Of a DNA stretch of 64,000 bases, positions 10,396 to 19,724 are shown in pieces. The stretch covers positions 84,091 through 148,090 of the forward strand of contig DASVCV010000002.1 in NCBI GenBank assembly GCA_036381415.1. The letters are read 5' to 3'. The notes below the pieces were generated by a model, which worked only from the letters and a program-made list of their open reading frames with translations, did no database searches and had not been told where the DNA came from. The DNA is from Patescibacteria group bacterium. Its GTDB lineage: Bacteria; Patescibacteriota; Microgenomatia; UBA8517. Numbering within the stretch: the first letter of the stretch is position 1; every line of letters begins with the position of its first letter. A program made the translations under genes and the position numbers.

Positions 10396-10671
10396 ATGAG
10401 TTGTGAACTTACTTCAAATAATAAATGGAAACCGCAAGATATATATGAGCGTAAAGGTGCTGCGAATGTACAGAGGCTGAATGGCGAGACCTCCTACGTT
10501 ATTGATGAAATACAAAAAGAGTCTTCTCAGGCGTGGATAGAAGTGAAATTTGGCCGTGAATTACTGGGAGTTTTCCCTCCATCTGACCCGTGTCCCTCTC
10601 CTACAACAATTACGCTTAATATTGATTTTGAAGGAAAACTTGTTTTTATGAATCTTGGTCGTAGAGAGTAA
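10396..10671 (+). CDS. hypothetical small protein (doubtful; region could instead be non-coding)
   Basis: 91-aa ORF, no SD, somewhat higher GC than neighbours; followed by hairpin at 10708. Confidence 0.25.
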   Translation: MSCELTSNNKWKPQDIYERKGAANVQRLNGETSYVIDEIQKESSQAWIEVKFGRELLGVFPPSDPCPSPTTITLNIDFEGKLVFMNLGRRE

Positions 10672-10672
10672 C

Positions 10673-10700
10673 TTGCTTCAGCTTAAAGATGTGGTAAAAT
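10673..10700 (+). promoter_or_regulatory. candidate promoter TTGCTT-16nt-TAAAAT upstream of fusA
   Basis: read directly; weak -35. Confidence 0.3.
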
Positions 10701-10707
10701 TCAATTG

Positions 10708-10734
10708 TCCCGCAGTGAGGCGGGATACTTTTTG
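10708..10734 (+). terminator. hairpin TCCCGC-agtgag-GCGGGA + TACTTTTTG (terminator of upstream unit and/or 5'-terminal stem-loop of fusA mRNA)
   Basis: 6-bp GC stem and T-tract read directly, 23 nt before fusA ATG. Confidence 0.45.
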
Positions 10735-10756
10735 TCTAAAGAGGTAGAATATTAAT

Positions 10757-12922
10757 ATGGCTCAACAGGTAAAGAAAAAAGCAGCAATGGTAATGACGGT
10801 CACTAAAGACCGTGAAGTGCCATTGGAAAGAATCCGAAATATTGGGATTATTGCACATATTGATGCAGGAAAGACTACTACAACTGAGCGTATTCTTTTT
10901 GAAACTGGAAAGACATATAAAAGGGGTTCAGTTGATGAGGGAACTACAGTTACTGACTGGATGGAGCAGGAAAGAGAAAGAGGAATTACAATTGTTTCTG
11001 CTGCAATTACAACCTTCTGGGACTTAAAGGAAAAATCTTCAGTAGATGATGGACACTACAGAATTAATATTATTGATACTCCTGGACACATTGATTTTAC
11101 TGCTGAGGTGGAGCGTTCACTTCGAGTTTTAGATGGAGCTGTAATGGTGTTTGATGGAAGAACTGGAGTGGAGTCTCAGTCTGAAACAGTATGGAGACAG
11201 GCTGATAAATATAAAGTTCCAAGAATCTGCATTTTAAATAAACTTAATTTGATTGGTGCTGATTATGAAGGGTCAATCAAATCAATTAGGGAAAGACTGG
11301 GAGCAAATGCAGCTCCTATTCAAATGCCAATTGGACTTGAACATGAACTTCATGGAGTTGTTGATCTAATAAAAATGAAGGCATTTACTTATAAGAGTGT
11401 TGATGACAATAAATTAACTGAAGAAGAGATTCCATCTGACATGCTTGACCATGCTAAGGAATTGAGAGGTCAGCTTATTGAAGCAATTGCAGATTTTGAT
11501 GATGAACTTCTAAATAAATACTTGGAAGGGGTGGAACCAACTGAAGTTGAAATAAAGAAGGCAATTAGAGCTGGAGTAATTAAAGGAAAGTTTTTCCCAA
11601 TATTGGGAGGAGATAATAGAAGCGCAACAGTGCAGCTTCTTTTAAATTCAGTTGTTGAGTATCTTCCATCCCCTATTGATTTGCCTAATGTTGGTGGGGT
11701 AAATCCAAAAACAGGTGAAAAGGTAGAAAGAGAGAGAAAACCAGAAGCACCATTTTGTGCACTAGCTTTTAAGGTAATGACAGATCCTCATGTAGGACGT
11801 TTGGTTTATTTTAGAATTTATTCTGGAAAACTTACTAAAGGGCAGGGAATCTACAATGCTACAAAACAAAAGTATGAAAGAATTGGAAAGATAGTGCTAC
11901 TTCATGCAGATCAAAGAGAATTAATTGATACAGCATTTGCTGGAGAAATTGTTGCTTGTGTGGGAGTAAAAGATACTACAACTGGAGATACTTTGTGTGA
12001 TCCAGAGCACCCAATAGTTCTTGAGTCAATATCATTCCCAGAACCTGTTATTTCACTTGCAATTGAACCTGCAACAAAGAGTGATCAGGAGAAAATGGGA
12101 ATTGCACTTTCTAAATTATCTGATGAAGATCCAACATTCCGTGTAAAGAGTAATCCAGAAACTGGGCAAACAATTATTTCAGGAATGGGAGAACTCCAAC
12201 TTGAAGTTCTAGTTGACCGTATGAAGAGAGAGTTTAATGTTGTAGCAACAACTGGAGCTCCTCAGGTTGCTTACAAAGAAACTATTAAGAAGAATGCAGA
12301 AGGAGAAGGAAAGTATATTAGACAAACTGGAGGTAGAGGACAGTATGGACACTGTTGGCTTAGGATTGAGCCAAGAGGAAGAGGGGAAGGATTTGAGTTT
12401 AAGAGTGCTATAAAAGGAGGAGCAATTCCTCAGGAGTTTATAGCTCCAATTGAAAAGGGAGTTAAGGAGAAACTGGAAGGTGGAATATTAGCTGGATTTC
12501 CATTGGTTGATGTATCAGTAACAGTTTTTGATGGATCTTACCATGATGTAGATTCTAGTGAAATTGCATTTAAGATTGCAGGCTCCATGGCAGTGGAAGC
12601 AGCGGCCCGTAAAGCTGATATGGTCTTACTTGAGCCAATTGTACAAGTTGAAGTTTCAACACCTTCTGAATTTATGGGAGATATTATTGGAAGCCTTTCC
12701 AGTAAGCGTGCACAAATACTTGGAACAGAAGAAAAAGGTGGACTTACCTTTATTAAAGCAACTGCACCTCTTGCTGAATTATCAGGATATGCAACTGCAT
12801 TAAGATCAATTTCTCAGGGAAGAGCAAATGCGTACATTGAACCATCCCATTATGAGGAAGTACCAAAGAATATTACTGAGCAAATAGTTGCAAAGAGTGG
12901 AAAAGCCCAGGCAGCTGTCTAA
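10757..12922 (+). CDS. fusA: elongation factor G
   Basis: AHIDAGKTT, DTPGH, NKxD-like GTPase motifs, 721 aa. Confidence 0.96.
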   Translation: MAQQVKKKAAMVMTVTKDREVPLERIRNIGIIAHIDAGKTTTTERILFETGKTYKRGSVDEGTTVTDWMEQERERGITIVSAAITTFWDLKEKSSVDDGHYRINIIDTPGHIDFTAEVERSLRVLDGAVMVFDGRTGVESQSETVWRQADKYKVPRICILNKLNLIGADYEGSIKSIRERLGANAAPIQMPIGLEHELHGVVDLIKMKAFTYKSVDDNKLTEEEIPSDMLDHAKELRGQLIEAIADFDDELLNKYLEGVEPTEVEIKKAIRAGVIKGKFFPILGGDNRSATVQLLLNSVVEYLPSPIDLPNVGGVNPKTGEKVERERKPEAPFCALAFKVMTDPHVGRLVYFRIYSGKLTKGQGIYNATKQKYERIGKIVLLHADQRELIDTAFAGEIVACVGVKDTTTGDTLCDPEHPIVLESISFPEPVISLAIEPATKSDQEKMGIALSKLSDEDPTFRVKSNPETGQTIISGMGELQLEVLVDRMKREFNVVATTGAPQVAYKETIKKNAEGEGKYIRQTGGRGQYGHCWLRIEPRGRGEGFEFKSAIKGGAIPQEFIAPIEKGVKEKLEGGILAGFPLVDVSVTVFDGSYHDVDSSEIAFKIAGSMAVEAAARKADMVLLEPIVQVEVSTPSEFMGDIIGSLSSKRAQILGTEEKGGLTFIKATAPLAELSGYATALRSISQGRANAYIEPSHYEEVPKNITEQIVAKSGKAQAAV

Positions 12923-12925
12923 CTC

Positions 12926-12954
12926 TTGACAGGCAAAAGATGAGCCTATATACT
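12926..12954 (+). promoter_or_regulatory. sigma70-like promoter TTGACA-17nt-TATACT upstream of tuf
   Basis: read directly. Confidence 0.45.
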
Positions 12955-12966
12955 ACCTATAACTGC

Positions 12967-12990
12967 AGGGCGTAAGCCCTCTTTTATTTG
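12967..12990 (+). terminator. short hairpin AGGGC-gtaa-GCCCT + CTTTTATTTG (fusA terminator or tuf leader stem-loop)
   Basis: read directly; only 5-bp stem. Confidence 0.3.
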
Positions 12991-13023
12991 TCAAAAGGAC
13001 AAGATTAGTTTAAAATAAATAAC

Positions 13024-14223
13024 ATGGCAGGAGATACAAAACAAAAATACGAAAGAAATAAACCACATGTCAATATTGGTACTATTGGCCACGTTGATCA
13101 TGGAAAGACAACTTTAACTTCAGCAATTACTACTGTTTTGTCAAAACAACCAGGAAATAAAACAAAAGCATATAAGTTTGACGAAATTGATAATGCTCCA
13201 GAAGAAAAAGAAAGAGGAGTTACAATTAATATTACTCACGTTGAATACGAAACTGCAAAAAGACACTATGCACACATTGATGCTCCAGGACATGCTGATT
13301 ATATTAAGAACATGATTACAGGAGCAGCTCAAATGGATGGAGCGATACTTGTGGTTTCAGCAGCTGATGGAAAAATGCCACAAACTACAGAGCACGTTAT
13401 TTTAGCTCGCCAGGTAAATGTTCCAGCACTTGTGGTTTTCCTTAACAAATGCGACACAGTAGATGATGCTGAAATACTTGATTTGGTTGAACAAGAGATT
13501 CGCGACTTACTTAAGAAATATGAATTCCCAGGAGATGAAGTACCTATTATTAGAGGATCAGCACTTAAGGCTCTTGAGGGAGATGCTGAAGCTGAAAAGC
13601 AAATAATGGCATTGATGGATGCTGTTGACAGCTATATTCCTGATCCAAAGCGTGAGACAGATAAGCCATTCTTGATGCCAGTTGAAGATGTCTTCTCAAT
13701 TAAAGGACGCGGAACAGTAGTTACAGGTAGAGTTGAAAGAGGACAACTTAAGGTTAATGAGGAAATTGAAATTGTCGGACTTACTGCTACCAAGAAAACA
13801 GTTGTTACTGGACTTGAAATGTTTAGAAAAACTCTTGATGAGACAATGGCAGGAGACAATGTTGGAGTACTTTTAAGAGGAGTTGAAAAAGATGATGTAG
13901 AACGCGGACAAGTACTTGTTAAGCCAGGATCAGTTACACCTCACACTGCTTTTGATGCTGAAGTTTATATCCTCTCAAAAGAGGAAGGTGGACGCCACAC
14001 TCCATTTTTCACTGGATACAAACCACAATTTTTCATTAGAACAGCTGATATAACTGGAGAAGTAACTCTTCCAGAAGGAATTGAAATGGTAATGCCTGGA
14101 GATAGTGCAAAGATGAAGATTAAATTAATAGTTCCAGTTGCTCTTGAAGAAGGACAAAGATTTGCAATTCGTGAAGGTGGTAAAACAGTTGGAGCTGGAG
14201 TAATCACCAAGATAACCGCCTAA
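13024..14223 (+). CDS. tuf: elongation factor Tu
   Basis: [18 protein letters not shown] motifs, 399 aa. Confidence 0.97.
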   Translation: MAGDTKQKYERNKPHVNIGTIGHVDHGKTTLTSAITTVLSKQPGNKTKAYKFDEIDNAPEEKERGVTINITHVEYETAKRHYAHIDAPGHADYIKNMITGAAQMDGAILVVSAADGKMPQTTEHVILARQVNVPALVVFLNKCDTVDDAEILDLVEQEIRDLLKKYEFPGDEVPIIRGSALKALEGDAEAEKQIMALMDAVDSYIPDPKRETDKPFLMPVEDVFSIKGRGTVVTGRVERGQLKVNEEIEIVGLTATKKTVVTGLEMFRKTLDETMAGDNVGVLLRGVEKDDVERGQVLVKPGSVTPHTAFDAEVYILSKEEGGRHTPFFTGYKPQFFIRTADITGEVTLPEGIEMVMPGDSAKMKIKLIVPVALEEGQRFAIREGGKTVGAGVITKITA

Positions 14224-14252
14224 TTTCAGGCAATCGCACTTTAACCGACAAA

Positions 14253-14561
14253 ATGCCAGCAGGAAGACTAAGAGTTAAACTCAAAAGCTATGACCATAGG
14301 GTTATAGATGAGGCTGCAACAAAAATACTTGAAACAGCCATAGCTACTGGTGCTAAAATTGTCGGACCAATCCCCTTACCTACTAAAAGAACAATTCTTG
14401 CTGTAAAGAAATCTCCTTTTACTGATAAAGATGCACAAGAACATTTTGAAATTTTGGTGCACAAAAGATTAATTGATATTTTGGATCCATCAGATAGAAC
14501 AATTGATTCACTTTCAAATTTGGATCTCCCAGCAGGAGTCTCCATAGAAATTAAGATGTAG
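14253..14561 (+). CDS. rpsJ: 30S ribosomal protein S10
   Basis: 102 aa, RLRVKLKSYDHRVID... Confidence 0.95.
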   Translation: MPAGRLRVKLKSYDHRVIDEAATKILETAIATGAKIVGPIPLPTKRTILAVKKSPFTDKDAQEHFEILVHKRLIDILDPSDRTIDSLSNLDLPAGVSIEIKM

Positions 14562-15693
14562 TTTTATTTAGTCTTAATAGATAAATATTAACTAGAAACA
14601 AGATAACAGCTCCATAAAAGGTATTTGATAACACTAAAGATATTGGAAAGTTTTCAAACATATTAGGATTTTTAAAATTCCAACTTACAAATAGATAGGC
14701 AATTCCTATTAGCATTAAAGTCAGGAATTTTTTTTGTTTTAATGAGTAAGAGGCAAGAATAATAAATGGAAACAAAAGCCATATAAAGTGGTGCTGCCAG
14801 GATAGAGAGTCAATAAGGGGCAAAGAGATTACAAAAAGTGAGAATGTTAGATCTATATTTTTCTTTTTAAGAGTAAAGACAGATATAGTTAAGGTGATAA
14901 TAAAAGATATTGCTAAACTTACAAATTTACGTAAGGAGGAGTCGGTTAAGAGCCTAGATATGAAACCTGTAATGCCTTGGTTGTAGTAAATTTCTCTTCC
15001 TGATACTTCTAGAAGGGGTGGGATTACTACTTTTAGATAGTATTCATAAAGGTCAAATCTTGAGACAAGTGCAACAAGAAAGGTGGAGGCAGCTATCGGA
15101 ATTAGAGAGTATAGAATTACTTTCCACTCCTGTTTTAGGATAAAAAACAGAATGAAAAATCCAAAAACTGTTTTTAAGCTGATTGTTAATCCTAAGATGA
15201 GTCCTGCCACCTTGTAATTTTTTCTTTTGTAAAAATAGAAAGAGGAAAGAAGCATAAAAAGGGATATGGAGTTGTTTTGCCCCATTCCAAGGGTAAATTT
15301 TGTAGGAAAGGATATGAGTACTAAAGAAGTTATCAAAAGAAAGGCCCATATTGAAAATTTTTTTATGCTAATTTTTAATGAGAGATAAATTGATCCCAAT
15401 ATTGTTATTAGGATTAGTAAGATGAAAATTGTTTGGGCAAGTTGGTAATTAAAAATTGTTAGAGGCAGATAGAATAGAAGAGTGTTTGGGGGGTAGCCTA
15501 CTCCTGTAAAAATGTCGGGGTGCATATATGGATTATTAGAAGTAGGAAGATAGCTTGCAGCATGCCACAAAACATTAAAATCTGGAGTGGTTGTAGATAT
15601 TATTTTGTAAAGAGAAATGCTAGTTAGTATAACTACAAAAAATGAAAATGCTAAAACACAAATTTTGAAAGGACTTAAATTTTTTTTAATCAT
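14551..15693 (-). CDS. GT-C-fold membrane glycosyltransferase-like protein (DUF2029/GT87-like)
   Basis: 380 aa, ~10 TM spans, N-terminal PDFNVLWHAASYL..NNPY resembles DF..Y..a....NPY signature; inserted between rpsJ and rplC on opposite strand. Confidence 0.45.
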   Translation of the reverse strand: MIKKNLSPFKICVLAFSFFVVILTSISLYKIISTTTPDFNVLWHAASYLPTSNNPYMHPDIFTGVGYPPNTLLFYLPLTIFNYQLAQTIFILLILITILGSIYLSLKISIKKFSIWAFLLITSLVLISFPTKFTLGMGQNNSISLFMLLSSFYFYKRKNYKVAGLILGLTISLKTVFGFFILFFILKQEWKVILYSLIPIAASTFLVALVSRFDLYEYYLKVVIPPLLEVSGREIYYNQGITGFISRLLTDSSLRKFVSLAISFIITLTISVFTLKKKNIDLTFSLFVISLPLIDSLSWQHHFIWLLFPFIILASYSLKQKKFLTLMLIGIAYLFVSWNFKNPNMFENFPISLVLSNTFYGAVILFLVNIYLLRLNKTTS

Positions 15694-15753
15694 GATTTTT
15701 ATAGATTATAACAGCTTGGAAATGTGGTAAGTTAAGATGTAGAATTGCTAAGT

Positions 15754-16305
15754 ATGTTTGCATCTAGAGCAGGAGAGAAACTCCAGTTTGCATTAACTTC
15801 CTTTAAAATTTCAGTGAAGGATTTAGTCATAGCTGATTTTGGTTCTTCAACTGGAGGGTTTGTTGATTGTCTTCTTCAAAATGGGGCTAAGAAAGTTTAT
15901 GCAATTGAGACTGGATATGGAGTATTAGATTACAAATTGAGGAAAGATGAGAGAGTGGTTGTAATGGAAAGAACTAATGCAATGCACGTTAATTTGCCTC
16001 AAAAAGTTGATCTAATTACCATTGATACTTCTTGGACAAAGCAAAGAAATATTCTTCCTAATGCTTTTAAAAACCTAAAAGAAGGAGGGACAATAATTTC
16101 TCTTATAAAACCTCATTATGAGGCTGAGGCTGAATATTTAAGAAAAGGGAGATTGATGGATGAAAAAATAGATGAGGTTATAGAAAAATCAAAAAAGGAT
16201 ATAGAGTCTGTTGGTGGAAGAGTGGAAAAAATGGTTGAGTCTCCGATTGTTGGGGAAAAAGGTAAAAACAGGGAGTTTTTAGCTTTGATTTTCAGGAACA
16301 AGTAA
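15754..16305 (+). CDS. tlyA: TlyA-like FtsJ-family rRNA 2'-O-methyltransferase lacking the S4 domain (TTG alternative start at 15745)
   Basis: SRAGEKLQFAL...DFGSSTGGFVDCLLQNGAKKVYAIETGYG...VVVMERTNAM closely matches TlyA core. Confidence 0.65.
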   Translation: MFASRAGEKLQFALTSFKISVKDLVIADFGSSTGGFVDCLLQNGAKKVYAIETGYGVLDYKLRKDERVVVMERTNAMHVNLPQKVDLITIDTSWTKQRNILPNAFKNLKEGGTIISLIKPHYEAEAEYLRKGRLMDEKIDEVIEKSKKDIESVGGRVEKMVESPIVGEKGKNREFLALIFRNK

Positions 16306-16507
16306 GGTGTTGGGAGAGAAAATTTGGGTTACGACTACTTCTTGAGTATCCAGCTCGTTACTTGTATCAAAAGGCAATTGAGCCATGCTTTCTAAGGTAG
16401 CTAGCATTCCCTTTATTAAAAACTCTTTTGTAGAGACAGTTTCTTTAGACATAAAGAGGATTTTAAAGGATTTTGGGGTGGTTTTGCAAGCCTAAATTTG
16501 AGCTTGC

Positions 16508-16536
16508 TTGCAAGGCTAGATTGGCTCTGGTATAAT
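16508..16536 (+). promoter_or_regulatory. sigma70-like promoter TTGCAA-17nt-TATAAT upstream of rplC (S10-spc cluster)
   Basis: read directly. Confidence 0.5.
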
Positions 16537-16599
16537 TGGCCCATCGTGGAGGTGATTTTAAACTAATAACCTCGGAGTGAGCTCAAGCGCCTGATTAGG

Positions 16600-16623
16600 G
16601 GTGCCTGATGGCACCTTTTTTAT
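16600..16623 (+). terminator. intrinsic-terminator-like hairpin GGTGCC-tgat-GGCACC + TTTTTTATT inside the rplC leader (candidate attenuator)
   Basis: perfect 6-bp stem, 6 T; located between promoter and rplC ATG. Confidence 0.5.
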
Positions 16624-16678
16624 TGGCTTAAAAAACCTTACGAATTATAAGTGATAAGCATGGCTTGTCATTAAACAT

Positions 16679-17332
16679 ATGATAAATACGATACTTGGTT
16701 CTAAAGTAAAAATGAGCCAAACATTTAAAGAAGGCTCTCGTATCCCTGTCACACAGATTGTGGCAGGACCTTGTGTTGTCACACAAATTAAAAGCGACGA
16801 CAAAGATGGATATTGGGCAGTACAACTTGGATTTGGAGAGAAGAAACTCAAAAACACCACTAAGCCAATGCAGGGCCACTTCAAAGAAGTTATTAAAGGA
16901 AAAACAGCTCCAAGGTATACTCGCGAAGTAAGACTAAATGAAAAACCAGAATTTAAGGTCGGAGATCAAGTAAAAGTCTCCGACATTTTTGTTGCCGGAG
17001 ATATTGTAAGTGTTACAGGAATTTCTAAAGGAAAAGGTTTTGCTGGGGTAGTTAAAAGATGGCGCTTTGCAGGAGGACCTAAAACTCATGGACAGTCTGA
17101 CAGACAAAGAGCTCCAGGAACTATTGGACAGGGAACAACTCCAGGAAGAGTTTATAAAGGAAAGCACATGGGTGGACGCATGGGACATGAGACGGTAACT
17201 GTTAAAAACTTAAAAGTAGTTGAAGTTGATGCAGAGAAAAATGAGGTGGGAGTTTCAGGTCCTATTCCAGGAAGACCAGGAAGTTTAGTAATAATTAAAC
17301 GCTTAAATGAAAGAAAGGAACAAAATGCTTAA
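16679..17332 (+). CDS. rplC: 50S ribosomal protein L3
   Basis: MINTILGSKVKMSQTF matches L3 N-terminus; QSDRQRAPGTIG motif. Confidence 0.95.
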   Translation: MINTILGSKVKMSQTFKEGSRIPVTQIVAGPCVVTQIKSDDKDGYWAVQLGFGEKKLKNTTKPMQGHFKEVIKGKTAPRYTREVRLNEKPEFKVGDQVKVSDIFVAGDIVSVTGISKGKGFAGVVKRWRFAGGPKTHGQSDRQRAPGTIGQGTTPGRVYKGKHMGGRMGHETVTVKNLKVVEVDAEKNEVGVSGPIPGRPGSLVIIKRLNERKEQNA

Positions 17333-17957
17333 GGTTGATTCGTTTTCAGCTAAAGGAACAAAGCTTGCACCATTTAGCTTACCTAAAGAGATAGAAAGTA
17401 AGCCTAATATGCCGCTTTTGGCGCAGGCAGTACATGTATATAGGGCAAGAGCACATACTGGACTTAGAGATACTAAAACAAGAAGTGAGATAAATAGAAC
17501 AACCAAAAAGTGGTACAAGCAAAAGGGAACAGGTGGAGCAAGACATGGAGCAAGGTCAGCACCTATTTTTGTAGGTGGAGGAATAGCTCATGGCCCACAG
17601 CCATTAAAACGTGAACTTGTTTTGCCACAAGCTTTAAGGCAAAAAGCATTAAAAGTTGCTTTAACTATGAAGGCAAGAGAAGGAAAGGTAGCGGTGGTAG
17701 CAGGATTAACTAATATTAAAAAGACAAAGGAAGCCCAGGGACTTATAGATAAAATTGTTAAAGAGGGAAACAGACGAGTTACTTTTGTTGTAGAGGATGG
17801 AAAAAAGGGAGTTAGTAGAGCATTTAAGAATATTAAAAATTCAAATACAGTGCCTTTTAGAAATTTGAATGCATATGAAGTGTTTTTGGGAGGAACAATA
17901 ATTATAGATAAAGATGTGTTTGGAAAAGAAGTAGCTAAAAAGGAGATTAAAAAATAA
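17325..17957 (+). CDS. rplD: 50S ribosomal protein L4 (ORF-track start 17307 also possible)
   Basis: L4-like sequence; ATG 17325 preceded by AAGGAA. Confidence 0.9.
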   Translation: MLKVDSFSAKGTKLAPFSLPKEIESKPNMPLLAQAVHVYRARAHTGLRDTKTRSEINRTTKKWYKQKGTGGARHGARSAPIFVGGGIAHGPQPLKRELVLPQALRQKALKVALTMKAREGKVAVVAGLTNIKKTKEAQGLIDKIVKEGNRRVTFVVEDGKKGVSRAFKNIKNSNTVPFRNLNAYEVFLGGTIIIDKDVFGKEVAKKEIKK

Positions 17958-18256
17958 TGAAATTTATACCAGTAATTACAGAAAAAAGCATGAAGGATGC
18001 AGCTGACGGTAAATTTACTTTCTGGGTACCTATGGGACTTACAAAGCCAGAGATTAAAAGAGCAATTAGTTCTTTTTTTGGAGTAACTGTGAGGGAAGTA
18101 AGGACTGTTAGTTTTAAGGCAGGGACTAAAAAGAACATAAGAGGAAGAATACAAAAGGTAGTAGGGGGTAAAAAAGCAGTAGTTAGGTTAACAGGAGATG
18201 AAAAGATTGATTTATTTACTGAAGAAAAAGGAAAGAAGAAAGGAAAAGGGAAATAA
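17957..18256 (+). CDS. rplW: 50S ribosomal protein L23
   Basis: 99 aa, conserved operon position. Confidence 0.93.
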   Translation: MKFIPVITEKSMKDAADGKFTFWVPMGLTKPEIKRAISSFFGVTVREVRTVSFKAGTKKNIRGRIQKVVGGKKAVVRLTGDEKIDLFTEEKGKKKGKGK

Positions 18257-19005
18257 TGCGAAAACTAAAAATGATATTATCTAAAAAATCTGGAAGGTCA
18301 AATGGTGTTGTAACTATTAGACACCAAGGTGGACGCAACAAGAGATTTTTAAGAGAAATTGATTTCAAGAGAGATAAAAAGGATGTTGTTGGAACAGTTT
18401 TGGGAGTTGAAGTTGATCCAAACAGAAATGCTCAAATCGCACTTATCTCTTACAAAGATGGGGATAGAAGATATATACTAGCTCCTGTTGGGCTAAAAGA
18501 GGGACAAAAAGTAGTATCTGGAGATAATGCACCAATTGAAGTAGGAAACTCACTTCCCTTGTCTAAACTTCCTATTGGAATGGCAGTTCACAATATTGAA
18601 GTAAAGCCAGGACATGGTGGACAGATTGTAAGAGGAGCAGGATCAGTTGCTTTAGTACAAGGTAAAGAGGAAAAATATGTTTTGGTTAAAATGCCATCTG
18701 GAGAAATCAGGCGTTTTAGCCCAGATTCATATGCAACTATTGGACAAGTAGGAAATGTTGATTTTAGAAACAGGAAAGTAAAAACAGCAGGAGCCAGAAG
18801 AAGAATGGGAATAAGGCCAACGGTAAGAGGAGTTGCAATGCATCCAAATGCACATCCTCATGGAGGTGGAGAAGGAAGAAGTTCAGTTGGAATGAAATAT
18901 CCTAAAACACCTTGGGGTAAGCCAGCAGTTGGAAAGACCAGATCAAGAAAGAAGTATTCTAATCATTTAATAGTAACAGGCAGAAAGAAAGGAAAGCATG
19001 TCTAG
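18256..19005 (+). CDS. rplB: 50S ribosomal protein L2 (N-terminally short)
   Basis: [27 protein letters not shown] motifs. Confidence 0.95.
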   Translation: MRKLKMILSKKSGRSNGVVTIRHQGGRNKRFLREIDFKRDKKDVVGTVLGVEVDPNRNAQIALISYKDGDRRYILAPVGLKEGQKVVSGDNAPIEVGNSLPLSKLPIGMAVHNIEVKPGHGGQIVRGAGSVALVQGKEEKYVLVKMPSGEIRRFSPDSYATIGQVGNVDFRNRKVKTAGARRRMGIRPTVRGVAMHPNAHPHGGGEGRSSVGMKYPKTPWGKPAVGKTRSRKKYSNHLIVTGRKKGKHV

Positions 19006-19279
19006 ATCAAATAAAAAAGGACCATATGTAGATGAACGCCTTGTAAAAAAGGTAAATGGCGGCATGGGAGTAAAAGGCAATGCTATTAAAACCTGGAGTA
19101 GGGCATGCCAGATTCCCCCTGAGTTTGTGGGAAAGTATTTTGCAGTTCACAATGGCCGAACTTTTATTGAAGTATTTGTAACAGAAGATATGGTAGGACA
19201 TAGACTTGGGGAGTTTGCCCCAACCAGAACATTTAGAGGACACGGTCAAATTGTAAAGAGAACAATGGATAAGACCTAA
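18998..19279 (+). CDS. rpsS: 30S ribosomal protein S19
   Basis: 93 aa, [16 protein letters not shown]. Confidence 0.95.
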   Translation: MSRSNKKGPYVDERLVKKVNGGMGVKGNAIKTWSRACQIPPEFVGKYFAVHNGRTFIEVFVTEDMVGHRLGEFAPTRTFRGHGQIVKRTMDKT

Positions 19280-19319
19280 CGGTCTTGGCCAAGAATTGGT
19301 AAAACCTAAGAAAAAAAAT

Positions 19320-19724
19320 ATGGATTATAGAGCAACACAAAAATTTGTAGTAATGAGCCCTAAGAAAATTAGGTATGTTAGCTATGCAATAAAAGCTATG
19401 AGGCCCATGGATGCTGTTGAGAGGTTGCCTTTTGTTTCAAGAAGAGCTGCAGAGCCTTTGGCAAAAGTAATCAAGGCTGCTATTGCAAATGCCAAAATGC
19501 AGGGAGCAAAAGAAAGTGAACTTATTTTTAAAGAGATACAGATAGGAGAAGGACCAAGACTTAAAAGGGGCAGACCAAGATCTCGTGGAATGTTTCATCC
19601 TTACAAGAAAAGAATGAGTCATATTAGAGTAGTTTTAACAACCAAAGATGAGAAAGTTGAGAAAAAAGAAGTAAAGAAAGAAACAAAAAAAGTTAAGGCA
19701 GTAGTAAAGAAAGGAAAAAAGTAA
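19320..19724 (+). CDS. rplV: 50S ribosomal protein L22 with Lys-rich C-terminal tail (alternative TTG start at 19296)
   Basis: MDYRATQKFVVMSPKKIRYV matches L22 N-terminus. Confidence 0.9.
   Translation: MDYRATQKFVVMSPKKIRYVSYAIKAMRPMDAVERLPFVSRRAAEPLAKVIKAAIANAKMQGAKESELIFKEIQIGEGPRLKRGRPRSRGMFHPYKKRMSHIRVVLTTKDEKVEKKEVKKETKKVKAVVKKGKK

Noticed and set aside
10339-10756. Possible SRP/4.5S-like RNA (GGTGCTG segment) in the rpsG-fusA insertion
   Set aside because: The conserved domain-IV elements (AGGUC…GGAAGCAGC) are absent. Left as a doubtful 91-aa ORF plus hairpin.
10812-11027. 71-aa alternate-frame ORF inside fusA
   Set aside because: Embedded in the EF-G G-domain coding sequence in another frame.
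16306-16500. 57-aa minus-strand ORF (MSKETVSTKEF...) downstream of tlyA
   Set aside because: Overlaps the tlyA 3' end in antisense, no RBS, no recognisable features. Kept as non-coding 3' UTR/intergenic sequence.
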